From Lama guanicoe (taxonomy: Eukaryota): DNA of 64,000 nucleotides. The notes under the pieces were generated by a model, which made no database searches, was not told where the DNA came from, and saw only the letters and a list, made by a program, of their open reading frames with translations. Every line of letters begins with the position of its first letter. Position 1 is the stretch's first letter. The stretch spans positions 4,367,567 through 4,431,566 of the forward strand of contig MU053629.1 of assembly GCA_013239625.1 (NCBI GenBank), in the 5' to 3' direction. Both the position numbers and the translations under genes were made by a program. Positions 26,319-39,900 of the stretch are shown piece after piece.

Positions 26319-28300
26319 TGTTAAGAGATAATTTTCAAAAAGCAGGTAAAATCCTGACTCTTATACAATATACAATGAACACATGTCAAAGATTTTATTT
26401 ATTGAACTCATCAGTTAAAAGAGAGGACCTGTAAGATATCACAACTGGTCCAAAGGAGAACCCAAACGACACATCTTTTTAGATCAAGAACATTGAAATA
26501 AAATTGCAAATAGATGCAAAATTGGCATTTTTATGGAAAGGAAGAGTGTCCCTTCACCAGACAGAATTTATTTTCACATCTACAAGTAAGAATTATTTGC
26601 ATTATTGTCAGTTCTTTATAAATTAACCTTAATCTCTGAAGAGTTATAAAACAGCCTAGTCAAAGACAGTTCCTGGAGGCATTCCATTGGAAAGGTATCC
26701 AGTCATCTCTTTTGCTTATTCCAAAACGTTAAAAAAAAATTTGCTAAAATCTTCCCATTTTGATACAAAATGATTAAAATAATATTCACAAAATAAAGCT
26801 GGTCTCATTAGGTTTGACCTGATTATTTATTTAGGTGCAGCAAGAATGCTGACTCACCATATAAACCATCTTAAGTTTGCTCTTCTGGAAATTTCCATAA
26901 GGAATCTCAGATTGTACTTTTAAAGTCCTCTATTATTTGCTATCTTGAGGCAAGGAAATCAAACCCAAGAAACTGTCCACCAGATTTCAACTACAGGAAC
27001 CTATGAATTTGGGCAAATTCCTCTCTTCTAGAGATGCTCCAATATCCTGAAGTTCTTGGGCCTGCAAGGAAGTGACATTCCTCACAACCTGTAAGGTTGG
27101 AAATCCTGTAAGCCATGTACCAGGCCAGTTTTTCTGGGAGGGCTTTGTAAGCACTGCTTCTATAAAGTCAACCTTAGTTCTTTAAAAGTAACTTACTTAT
27201 CATACCTAATTAATAGTGTCATTCTTAAGTATGAAATTCCAGGCAAGTCCTTGGTTGCAAAACCAATTTTTCCAATTATATTTTAGAAGAGAATAGATTT
27301 TTACTGAAACTATCCAAATAACTGTATTACCAGGAAACAGAAGGAGGTTCGATGAGAGTTTCTGAATTTGGGAGGTGAACGAGCTCATTTAAAGTCTTAG
27401 GAGTTCAATGTCCTTGTTTTCTGGGCATTTTAGGAATATTCAATTCCTACAGGCACTCATTTCTCTCTATAAGTCAATCAGAACAGAGCTCCTTTAATTT
27501 GAGATTTTAAAATTTATTAATACCGTCTGGAGACAGGAAAACATTCTGCAATCACATGGGAGATAAAGGCCTTCTTGGACCACAGATACACAGACATAAA
27601 GATATAGAGAGAGTTTATAGCTTTGATTCTACAATTCCAGCCACAGATGAAAACGAAACACAGAAACATAAAAATGTAACAGCCCAGATACCAAAAAGTT
27701 AGTCTTTTTCCTTGTGGGCATGAAAATCCTGACTGGATTGAGCTCAGAGTACAGAAACAGACAAACAGAAGGCTACAAACCATATTCTCTATTGTGTCTC
27801 CCTCAACAGGGAATAGATCTCTGTTAAGACCCATTTACAGGGGGAGATACCAAATTCCCAGCCTTTGTGGTTCCCAACAAGGAATAACTTATCAGCCATA
27901 AACAAGCCAAAAAGAAGAACAAAACCCCAAATTAATGGGGAGTAATATTAAAATTAGAAAAACAAGAGTCAGCAAAGTTCTGTCGCCACTCTGAATTCAC
28001 CTATAGGTGCCAAGAAAGTGAGTGTCTGGGCGTGGTTTCCTGTGCGAGGCAGCATCTCTGGCAATTTCAGGTGAATCTTCCGCTCATCTAGGTGGGATCC
28101 CCAAAACTGTTCAGAGATGTATACTTTTTAAAGTAAACCCATGCCTCGTATACAAATATAAAATGAATATGTCAAAGATTCTGTTTAACTCATTAATTAA
28201 ATGCGGGGACGCGTAAAATGTTACAACTGATTCATAGGAAAATTCAAATAGTAAACACATTTATGTATCAAAAATACAGAAATAAATTTGCAATCATTAT
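26319..28300 (-). mobile_element. Internally deleted ERV1 (MER4-group, LTR37-like) provirus: 3' LTR ~26319-26748, internal remnant ~26750-28107, partial 5' LTR from 28108
   Basis: Two diverged direct repeats start tgtt(a/c)agagat (26319, 28108) and share 'atgtcaaagatt…aactcat…gat(a/g)t(c/t)acaactg'; PPT-like tcaaaatgggaaga (minus, 26750-26763); PBS-position TGGGGATCCC… next to the 5' LTR. Confidence 0.7.
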
Positions 28301-28895
28301 TTTTACTGAAGTCTTCTTCAGCTGCTCCATCCCTCAGTGATCATTTTTCTGAATTCCTGTAACACTAAGCTTTAACATCCTGAATGTCGACATACAGAGG
28401 TCACAGGCAAATGAAAATATTTGTCCCTCTTAGAACGTGTGCCAACTTCTTCAGCCTCATCCAGCTTAGGACACAGTGTTTTTACTTGGATTTCATTGGG
28501 ACCCAGAGTTCTTTATTTTTCTTCCTGTAACCCGAGAGCAGTAAGAAGCTGAAACCTTATCACATGTCTATGTCAAGCACTCCCTGAGTTTGTGTTTCTG
28601 GCTTCAATACAATAGATCCACCTTAATGTGAGTTTTGCCCCTGACAGCAGGCTTTGCTCAATTATTCATCTACTCATTGATTTATTCATTTGTTCATTTT
28701 TTGAAAACAGTGTCCTCCTGTCCTTAAAAAGCCTTGGCACCAGGCATACTGACACCGTATGAGTTCTAGGAATTGTAAATGAGTTGTGTCAATCCTAACC
28801 ATGTTGTTCAGTTACACTAAAATAACCTATTTGGGCATTCACATCTTCTAGTAATATGAGAAATGTCTAAAAAGAACTCTTTTTTCCCATCACAG

Positions 28896-29065
28896 TTTTT
28901 TTTTATTGAAGCATAGTAGATTTACAGTGTGTGAATTTCTGGTCTACAGTGTATTGATTCAATTATACATAAATATATTCTTTCTCGTATTCTTTTTCAT
29001 TATAGGCTATTATAAGCTATTGGATATAGTTCCCTGTGCTATAGAGTAGGACTTTGTTGTTTATC
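28896..29065 (-). mobile_element. L1 3' end fragment (cetartiodactyl/camelid type)
   Basis: Poly-T 'attgaagcatagtagatttacagtg…tatagttccctgtgctata'. Confidence 0.8.
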
Positions 29066-29516
29066 AAAAGCTCTTTTTTAAAATAAACTATGACTTATTA
29101 TAACAACAGAAGCATAGTTTCAAGCACACAGATTTTTCTTTCAGAGCCAAAGATCTCAGTTAATAAGACTGCATCTCTGATTTCTCTGAATTTTAAGAAG
29201 AATAACCATATTGTCAATAATTGAAAATGCCGTTAAGTATAAAGAAGCTTTAGTTTGCACTGAAATCGTATTTCTCCTTTAAAATGAAATTATCGTAGTA
29301 TAAGTTTATTTCATAAAGCCTCTATTAGAAATGCATTTTTCTTGGGTTAGAACATTAGGCGTAAATGAACGGGTGTGATAGTTGTTTTTTCATGCAGAGG
29401 GTTAAGGCGTTAGATGGACCCCCACAATACGATGATGAATACAGTACATTACACTTTGCAATTTACAGAGTTCAGACTTTGTGGAAATGCTTCAAGTTCA
29501 GCTCAGATTCTTCTAA

Positions 29517-29732
<216 letters not shown>

Positions 29733-30099
29733 TAACTTTCATCTTCAATAATAGGGCAGGATGAAAGCTATAATGACTCCAAGTTGGTATTTTCAAGGGA
29801 CTTGCAGCTTGGTTAGGAAAATAAGACAGATATAATAAAGATAAATAACAGTACAAAGTATTATAGAATAAAAACCAAATGGCTGTTAAAGTCTAGCGCT
29901 ATAGGTATTCAGAAGAAAGATTGCTGAGAGGTGAAATAGTAGAAGACGTCAAAGAGGAGGCTGGAAGAAACGGGATGCTCGAGAAAAGCCCTGACCTGGG
30001 GATTTACTAACTAGAGGCAGAACCTCAGGCAAGCCATTTACTTTCTCTGGGCCTCAGCTTTCCCAGTTATAAAATGAGGCTTTTGGTAGATGAATCCAT

Positions 30100-31340
30100 C
30101 TGTTCAACAGATATTTGTTGAATACTTGCTTTACCCAAGGTAGCTGGGGATCTGACAGAGAATAGGTCAGACAACACTGCTCCTCTTGTGTTGCTTACGT
30201 TTTAGTGGGAGATGCAGATAGTAAGCAGGTAAGTGAATGAGAATTGAAGCTAAGGCTAAGTGCTACAAAGAACAGGACATACAGATTAGAGAGTGATCAG
30301 GAGGTGATTGCTTTGCTTGGGAGGGAAGGGTCAGGGAATGCCGCTACCTCTTGGAAGATGTTAAGGTCCAAACGATGAGAAGGAGCCAGCCATGTAAACA
30401 CCTAGGGAAGAACATTTCAGAAGCAGGACGGCACAGGTGCAATGGCCCTGAGGACTAAGGAGGGAATGAGCAACAAGGCTAGTGTGACTGGAGGGCCAAG
30501 GAAGAGCAAAGAGATGAACAGATAAGGCTGGAGAGGTTGCGACAATTGACATGACGTAGGCTAGAGCGGAGGCTACAAGTTGTCCTCAATATGCATTCTT
30601 CCCTGCTTCTATAGTAATGGTCATGGGTGGGCACATGTCAGCTCAGCTAAAGACAACACTTCCTGAGCTTCCTTTCAGTTGGATGTGCCATGTGCCCAGA
30701 CTGTGGACAATGGGAACGTCAGCAGAAGTGGAAAGGGAAATTTCTGGGCTGTGCCCTTTCGAAGCATGGCTTCCTCTTCTCCTTTTTCCATCTCTGGCTA
30801 GCTGGAATGCAGGTGTGATGGCAAGCACTTTGAAGCCAAAGATGGAACTCTGGGTTGAGTTCAGCGGAAATGCCTTGCAAACCTGGGGCTATCTTCCTTT
30901 CGACCCTTCTGTGAGAGAGAAATAAACTCTTAATTTGTTTAAGCCACTCGGTATATCTTAGGATCCTTCTTTTTAGACACCTTAGACTATGGCAGAACCA
31001 GCATGGAAGCCTTTCAAATCATGACAAGGGGTTGGATTTAATCCTAATTACAATGAGATCTCACTTTAAAGTTTCAGCCAGAGGACGAGGTGACCTGATT
31101 TATGTTTTAGTAAGACCATTCTGACAGCTTTATAGATAATGAAATCATAGGAGAGCATGAGTAGAAGCAAGACGGCTAGTTAAAAGGCTGTTTTGGTCAG
31201 CCAGGTGAGAAATGATGGTGTCTTTGAGGAGGATGGTATCGGTGGATATGAGGCGAAGTGAACAAATTGAGGTTATATTTTGGAAGTGGAGCCATGAGGG
31301 CTGGCTGATGGATAGGAGTGAGGGAAAGAGGGGCATCATG
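30100..31340. mobile_element. L2 fragments interrupted by an MLT1-like LTR (~30575-30990)
   Basis: L2 motifs ('aacagatatttgttgaatac…', 'ccaggtgagaaatgatggtg'); MLT1 motifs ('agctaaagacaacacttcc…cagcagaagtg…gtgagagagaaataaactct…tttaagccact'). Confidence 0.7.
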
Positions 31341-31858
31341 GAAAAATGTGTATGAATGTATGAGTGAATATGTATTCAGGTACCCCAATTTTGTATCTAC
31401 TCTACTGTTGATGGGAATTTCGGTGGTTTATGCCATCGAGCTATTAGGAGTCACACCACTATGAACATTCTTTTACATGTCTTTTACTGCAAATATGTAT
31501 GCATTTCTGTTGGATACCGAAAAAAAGAACCACTGAGTCACAGGATATACACATGCTCAGATTTAGTAGATATCGCCAGTTTTCCAAGGTGTTTATACTG
31601 ATCTATTTTCCTAGTAGCAATACATGAGAATTCCAGATAATACATATCTTTGTCAACACTTGATATTCCCTTTTCTTTGTTTGTTTTGCCATCTTAAAGA
31701 CACTGTTGTGTTATTTCTTTGTGAGTGTAATTTCTATTTTCCTAATGACCAATAAAGTTGGTCAATTTTTTTTTTAATATGTGTATTGGTCATTTGGATA
31801 TCCTCTTCTGTAAGGTGATTTAAAATTTTAACTTCTTTTTTTAAATAAATGAGTCATC

Positions 31859-32300
31859 TTTTTTTTTTTTTCTGGGTGTGGAATCTCAGGTGGTTTAATC
31901 TTTTTTTAACTTTTTTTATTGATTTATAATCATTTTACAATGTTGTATCAAATTCCAGTTAGAGCACAATTTTTCAGTTATACATGAACATACATATATT
32001 CATTGTCACATTTTTTTCTCTGTGAGCTACCATAAGATCTTGTATATATTTCCCTGTGCTATACAGTACAATCTTGTTTATCTATTCTACAATTTTGAAA
32101 TCCCAGTCTATCCCTTCCCACCCTCCACCCCCTTGGCAACCACAAGTTTGTATTCTATGTCTATGAGTCTATTTCTGTTTTGTATTTATGCTTTGTTTGT
32201 GTGGTTTTTTTTTTATATTCCACATATGAGCGATCTCATATGGTATTTTTCTTTCTCTTTCTGGCTTACTTCACTTAGAATGACATTCTCCAGGAGCATC
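31859..32300 (-). mobile_element. Young lineage-specific L1 3' end, inserted next to the poly(A) tail of an older L1 3' end (32307-32430)
   Basis: 'tttttttattgatttataatcattttacaatgttg…cttacttcacttagaatgacattctccaggagcatcc', the same family as 731-1340; flanked by atc+T-run repeats. Confidence 0.85.
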
Positions 32301-35300
32301 CTGATCTTTTTTTTTTTAATTGAAGTACAGTTGATTTACAATTTTATGCTAGTTTCTGGTGTACAGCATAGTGATTCAGTCATACATATATATTCTTTTT
32401 CATTATAGGTTATCACAAGGTATTAAATATTTCTTTTTCTTATTTATAGGAATTATGTATATATTCTGAGTACTAATCTTGTATTAGGTTATATGTATTA
32501 CAAGTAATTTTTCCTATTCTGTGGCTCGGCATTTCATTCTCCTACTGGTGTCTTTTTTTTTTAAACTAAACTTTTGAATTATAGATTCACATGTAGTTGT
32601 AAGAAATAATACAGAGAGATCCTTTGCACTCTTAACTCAGTTTTCCCCCAAAATAACATATTGTCAAACTATAGTACAACATCATAACTGGGAAATTGAT
32701 GCAGCCAAGATACAGAACATTTCCTCCACCACAAGGATGCCTCACATTGTGCTTTTATACCACACCCCTTTCCCTCCCACCCCACACCCCTTTATACCTT
32801 AGCCATCACTAATCTTTTCTCCTTTTCTGTAATTTTTCTCATTTCAAGTATGTTAGGTAAGTGGACTCACACAGTGTGTCACCTTTTGAGACGGGCTTTT
32901 TTTCACTCAGCATAATTCTCTGGCGATTCATCCAGGCTGTTGCTTCTATCAGGGGTTGATTCCTTTTATTCCTACCTGGTATTCCGTGGTGCGTGTGTAC
33001 CGCAGTTAAACCATTCACCTGTTGAAGGACATGTGGCTTGTTTCCAGTTTGGGGCTACTATGAATACAGTTGCTATAAACCTTTGTGTACAGGTTTTTGT
33101 ATGAATAGATGTATTTTGTGTGGACACATTTCATTTCTTTAGGATAAATGCCCAGGAGCATAACTGCCAGATCTCATGGTAGTTGCATGTTTATTTCCTC
33201 TACATCCACTTAGAACCACATCCGACGGTCTTATAATTTTTTGTTTCAACCATCTAATATAATTTAGAAAACTTAAGAGGGGAAGAGAAATCTATTGTTT
33301 TTACCCATATTTTTGCTTACTGTGTTCTTTTTCTTTTCTGATGTTTCAAGATTCCTTCTTTTGTTGTTTTCTTTCTATTTAGAGAATTTCCTTTAGCCAT
33401 TGTTTAGGGTCAGTGTACTAGAGACAAATTCTCTTCCTTTTTCTTCATCTTCGAATGTCTTGATTTCCCCTTTATTTCTAAAGGATATCTTCACTAAACG
33501 CAGGATTCTGGGTTGACAGTGCTTTTCTTTCAGCACTTAAAAAAAAAAACAAGAACGTTGTGCTCCTTTCTTTTCTTCTCCATGGTTTCTGATGAGAGTC
33601 CACTGTCATTTGAAAATTGTAGATAAGGTGGTGTTTTTCTCCTAATACTTTCAAGATTTTTTTTTTCTCTTTAGTCTTTAGAACTCTGACTGTTTCTTAG
33701 TGTGGATTTCTTTGGTTTTATCCTGTTTGGGTTTGGCTCATCTTGAATCTGTTGGTTTACATGATCTGTTAAATTTGGAAGCTTTCAGCCATGATCTGAA
33801 TACTTTTTTTCAGCTTTGCTCTGTTGCCTCTCCTTCTGGACTACAGTGATACGAATGTCAGACCTTTTGCTACAACCCCACAGGTCCTTGAGGCTCTGTT
33901 CATTCTTCTCCTGGTCTACTTTCTCTCTACTGTTGAGATTGGGTAATTTCTATTTTTCTATCTTCTAGTTCACTGATGCCCCTAACCCTTCATTCTGTCG
34001 TTGAGCCACCTGCTAAATTTTGTACTTAGGTGACTGTATTTTTCTGTTCCAAAATTTCAATTTGTTAAGAAATATGCACTTAAAAATGGTTAAGATGGTA
34101 ATATGCATATTTTAATATAATAAAAAAATCAGTTTGGTTCCTCTTCATATGTTCTGTTTCTTTGCTGAGAATTTATATTTTTTCATTTGTTTCAAGTGGT
34201 TTTTTAATTGCTTATGGAGCATTTTTATGATGATGGCACCTTTAAAATTTTTGTCAAGTAATTCTAAGGTCTCCATCATCTCCATGTTGTTGTCTACTGC
34301 TTTGCTTTTTTCCTTCAGTTTAATATCTTCCTGGTTCTTGGCGAGTGCTTTTCAGTAGGAACTCTGACATTTTAGGTACTGTGTTATGAAACTCTGGTTC
34401 TTATTTAAATCTGATTTAGCTGGTTCCCTCTGAGACCCCTATTAACTCCCTACGCATTTGAAGAATAAGCCAGATTAGCTATGCTACATCATCCTGTTTA
34501 TGTATTGCTGGATTTCATTTGCTACTATTTTGTTTCCTAATGTTATTCATGTGTGAAACTGTCCTCCATTTTTCCTTTCTTATCATGTTTTCCTTAGGTT
34601 TCAGTATCAAGGTGATTCTGGCCACAGCGAGTGAGTACACTCTGTTTTTATATTCTTTGGAAGAGTTTGGATAAAACTGCTATTATTTCTCCCTCAAAGA
34701 AATACATTTGGAAGAATTTACCAGGGAAACCATTTGAATCTGTAGTTTTCTTTGGTAGTAGGTTTGTGGTTGTGGCTTAATTCCTTTAATACGCAAGGAC
34801 TATTTTGATTATCTCTCTTGTCTGTGTCAGTTTAGTAAGTTAACTTTGCCCAAGAAATCTGTCCATTTTATTTAAACTCTCAAATTTATTAGAATAAAGT
34901 TGTTTACGACATCTTCTAGTTATTTTTGTAACGTCTGTAAAATCTCTGGTGACGTAATTTTTCATTCCTGATGCTGGTTATTCCCATCTTTCTCTTTTTT
35001 CTTGATCAGTCTCTCTAGGAGTTTATCAATTTTACTATTATTTTCAGAGAACCAAATTTTGACCTTATTGATCCTTTCTACTGGATTTTTTTTTTCTATT
35101 TTGTTGACAACTGCTCTTACTTTTATCATTTCTTCCCTCTTTTTACTTTTCTGGGGGCTTAATTTTCCTGTTTTGAAACTTATTGTATACATATTTAGCT
35201 CATTAATTTTCAACTGTTATGTGTCTCTGATATATAAATGGAAGGTAATAAATTTCACACAAGGCACTATTTTAGTCATATTTTCATTGTCATTTACTTA

Positions 35301-35451
35301 AGAATATTTTCTATTTTCCATTGTGATTTCTTCTTTGACCTATGGAATATTCAGAAGTATATAAATTTGAGTACTTTCTGGTTATCTTTTTGTTATTGAT
35401 TTCCAGCCTAGTTCCATTGTTCAGATACAGATTATTTGAGACATAGTAAAT

Positions 35452-35700
35452 AGTCTTATGATTGGAAGGGATAAATTTGGGAGTCTGAGATTTACAAATG
35501 TTAGCCACTATATATAAAAATAGATTTTTAAAAAAAAGTTTCTGCTATATAACACAGGGAACTATGTTCAATATCTTGTAATAACCTTTAATGAAAAAGA
35601 ATATGAAAACAAATATATGTATGCATATACACAACTGAGACACTGTGCTGCACACCAGAAACTGACACGTTATAATTGACGGTACTTCAATTAAAAAAAA
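35452..35700 (+). mobile_element. Lineage L1 3' end, sense orientation, with A tail
   Basis: 'ggaagggataaatttgggagtctgagatttacaaatg…cacagggaactatgttcaatatcttgtaataacc…tacttcaattaaaaaaaa'. Confidence 0.85.
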
Positions 35701-36063
35701 ATTTAACAATTATTCAAAACCTGACCTGCTTTTTGGCCCTAGCACACGATCAACTTAGATGAACACATATTCAGCATTTGTTAGGTGCACTCCCATGAAT
35801 ATATTCATTTAAGTCAACTTAATCTCATTATTCAAATTTATATCTCTAATTATTAAATTTTTGTCCATTTAGTCCATCAATTGCTAAGAGACGTGTGTTA
35901 AAGTTTCAGACTATGATTATAAATTTGCCTAATCCCTTTTATTTTTTTAGTTTTGTCATTTTTTTTTCATATCACACATATTTTTAATTTACTCCTTTAC
36001 AGAAGGAAATTACTTTTCACCAAAAAGTAGGAAGTGCACCAAGAAGTAAGAATCAGTTTTAAG

Positions 36064-36282
36064 CAGGGGTGAGCAAACTTTTTTCTGTAAAGGGCCAAAT
36101 AGAAATATTATAAGCTCTGCATACCACATATAGTCTCTATAACATATTCTTTGTGTTTCATTCTGTTTTGTTTTCTTTTTGCAACCCTTAAAAAATATAA
36201 AAACCTTTCCTTAGCTTGAGGACCATAGAAAAACAGGCTATAGGCCAGATTTGGTCTAAGGGTCATATTTTGCAAACTCTTG
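36064..36282. mobile_element. MER58B-like hAT-Charlie MITE
   Basis: 'caggggtgagcaaacttttttctgtaaagggccaaatag…ggccagatttggtc…tttgcaaactcttg'. Confidence 0.8.
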
Positions 36283-36379
36283 ATTTTAAGTATTAAATTT
36301 TAATGCATTCCAGTAATTATGAGAGCCAAATACAATAAAAATCAATTAGTATATATTTGTGAAAGTTTGGAAGGGGGTA

Positions 36380-36920
36380 AAAATAGAAAATTAACAGTGA
36401 AGAAGCCCAGAAAACCCTACCTTAACCAAATGGCTAGACCAATGATGAATTATGTTGATATTTTATGTCCCCTGACATAATGTGATGAGGGGGAAAACTT
36501 ACCTCTGTGGTATTCTGCCTAAAAATCTGTAACTCCAGCCTAATCATGAAAAAAAATCAGACAAACCCAAACTGAGGACATTTTACAAAACACCTGACCA
36601 TTACTCCTCAAAACTATTAAGGTGATGAAAGACAAGTTAAGTCTGAGAAACTGTCACAGACCAGAAGAGACTAAAGAGACATGATGACTAAAGACAATGT
36701 GATATCCTGACCAGGTCCTGGAACAGTGAAAGGACGATGTAAAAACTAGTGAAATCTGAATGAAGACAGGAATTTATTTAATAGTAATAAACCACTGATG
36801 GTTTTTTTTAAATTTTGACCAATGTACCAGGGTAATGAAAGATGTCAACATCAGGGGAAATTGAACAAGAGTATACAGCAACTTTTCTGTCAATCTAAAA
36901 TAACTCCAAATTTATGTTTG
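36380..36920 (+). mobile_element. L1MC-like 3' region
   Basis: 'cagacaaacccaaactgaggacattttacaaaa…ctgagaaactgtcacagaccagaagagactaaagagacatgatgactaaa'. Confidence 0.75.
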
Positions 36921-36989
36921 TTTTTTTTTTTAAAAAAGGTCCACAATAAATGATAGGAAAAAGTATCAATTAAATATAAATTTAAAATT

Positions 36990-39900
36990 AATAAAAAGGA
37001 GAAAGACAGGAAAAAACATGCAAAAAGTAACCAAATAAAGCCGGATGGCACTATTACTGCAAGACAAGTAAGACACATTAGCAAGGATAAAGAGGGATGT
37101 CATTGATAAAAGAGCTAATTCAGCAACAAGACAACAACCCTAGCTGTGTATGCTCCTAAAAATATTGATTCAAAATACACGAAGCAAAAGTTAATAAAAT
37201 TTAAAGAACAGACACATCCACAATTTTAGCTGGAGATTTCAATGCTCTCCTCGCAATAATTGATAAAACTAGTAAACAAACAAACAAAAACCGAATCAGT
37301 AATGATTCAGAAAACCTGAACAACACTATCAACCAATTTTAACACATTTATAGAACGTTAAAACGCAACAGCAGAACACTTGTTCATTTCAACTGCACAT
37401 GGACTATTCACCTAAATAGATCATATTCTAGACCAGAAAACAAAACTGAACAAACTTAAAAAAAACTGAAGTTATACAAAATATGTTCTCTGACCATAAC
37501 AGAATTAAACTAGAAACCAATTAGAGAAAAATATCTGGAAAATCTTTCAAATATTTGCAAATCAAAGAACATATTTCTGCTAAATAACCCATGAGTCAAA
37601 GAAGAAGTCACAGGGATATTTTAAAATCATTTGAATGTAATGAAAATCATAACACAACATGTCAATATTTATAGGATACAGCTAAACTAGTGTTTACAGG
37701 GAAATTTATAGCAGTAAAATGCCTATATTAGAAAAAGAGAAAGATCTAATTATCTAAGCTCCTGCTTAAGAAATTAGAAAAAGAAAAGCAAATTATATGC
37801 AAAACAAGCTGAAGGAAGGAAATAATAGAAATAAAGGTAAAAGCCAATGGAATTTAAAATAGAAAAAAATAAGAGAAATTTAATGAAACCAATTCTGTAT
37901 CTTGGTGAAAATCAACAAAATTGATAAACCTCTAGCCTAACAAAAGACTAACAGAGATAAAAAGAAGGCACAAATTACTAGTATCAGCAATGAAAGAGAA
38001 TACATCAGTATAAATCCTACAGACATTTAAGGCAAGGATGGTGTGGGAACATTACAAATAGCTTTATGCCAACAAATTGGACAACTTAGATGAATGCACA
38101 AATTCCTCAAAAGTCAGATATTACACAAGCTCACTCAAAAAGAAATATATGTCCTGATTAGTCCTGTAGCTGTGAAGGAAATTGCATATGTATTTGAAAA
38201 CCTAAGAAAGAAAACATTAGCCTCAGATGGCATCCCTGGTGAATTCTACTAAACAAGAAAGAAATGTTACCAATTTTACATAAATTCTTCCATAAAATAG
38301 ACAAGGAGGAAACACTCCTCAGATCAGTTTATGAAGCCAGCATCACCCTGATATCACAGATAACACAACCAGACAGAGACATTAGGAGACAAGAAGACCA
38401 CAGCCTAACACCCTTCATGAAAACAGGTACAAAAATCCTCCACAAAATGCTAGCAAACTGAACCCTGCAATAATATAAAAGAAGGATAATGCATCATGGC
38501 CATGTAGGGTTTACTCTAGGAATGCAGGTTGCTTCAAAATTAAAAAGTCAGTATAAGTCATCATTTCAACAGACCGAAGGAGCAAAACCATTATGACCAT
38601 CACAATAAATAAAAATAAAATAAAATTCAACATCTATTTGAATTAAAAGCCCTAAGAAAACGAGGAATAGAAGGAACTTCCTCAGCCTGATATAGGGTAT
38701 GTACAGCTTACATCTTATTTAATGGTGAAAGAGCAACTGCGTTCTCCCTAAGATCGGGAATAAGGCAAGGATGTCCCCTCTCACCACATACATTCAACAT
38801 TGTACTGCAAGTCCCAGCTAACGCAATGAGGTAAGAAAAACAAATGGAGGCATGCAGATGGAAAGGAAGAAATAAAACCATCTCCTTGTAAACAATGTGA
38901 TTACTATAGAAAATCAAAAGACACTACAAAAAAAAACCACTAAAATGAATAAGGAAGGTTAGTATGGATTTAGGATACAAGGTTGATAATACAAAAATTA
39001 ATTGAATTTCTATATACCAGAAATGAACAATTGGAAATTAAATTTTTTGAATTTGAACTAACACCAAAACCCAAAAAGACTTAGTTGTAATACTAAAACA
39101 TATGTTTAAGATCTATATGCTGAAAACTCCAAAATGCTAATGAAAAAAATTCAAAGAGGACCTAACTAAATGGAAAGGTAAGCCATGTTCATGGGTTAGA
39201 AGACTCAATATTGTTGTGATGTTAATTCTCCCAGAATTGTCTACAAATTCAATGCAGTCCAAATCAAGATCAGTAGATTTTTTGGTAGAAGCTGACATGC
39301 CAATTCTAAAATTTGTACGGAAAGGCCAAGATAGTACCATAGCCAAACAATTGTGAAACAGAAAAACAACATTGGAGGATTAATGTTTGCTGAGTTAGTA
39401 TAAAGCTGTACTTATCCAGACAGCATGGTATTGGCGAAAGGATAAACAGAGGTCAGTGGAAAGGAACAGAGTTCATGCACATACATTGATTTTTTTTGAC
39501 AAAGGTGCAAAGGCAATTCAATGGAGAAAGAATAGCCTTTTCAACAAATGGTGCTGGAACAATTAAAGACAGCTGTATATAGAACCTTGACTCTTTCCTT
39601 ACACCATATACAAACATTTATTCAAAATGGACATAGAATTAAGTGTAAAGCCTACGAGTTTCAGACCTTTTCCCCCCCAAGCTTTAAGTGGTTTTATTTT
39701 CTTATTTAACTTCTCTGGACTTTTCTGTTCCTGGATTTTTATAATCAGAAAAAAATACATAAATGTTATAAGCAAGTAAGACTATTGTCATTTCAGAGTA
39801 TGAAGGCAGATGCCAGGTAGTCACTGCAGAGGCAGGAGTGTAAATGGGAAAAAAACACATCAAAATTCCTTTTTGTCTTCAAGAGTCCATGAGAGTATTA

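Larger units (their letters stand above)
31380..35960 (-). mobile_element. Nested antisense old L1 block (L1ME/L1MC-like) carrying younger L1 insertions
   Basis: Continuous antisense L1 motifs; ORF 34962..35213(-) gives ORF2-like 'ERINKVKIWFSENNSKIDKLLERLIKKK'. Confidence 0.8.
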
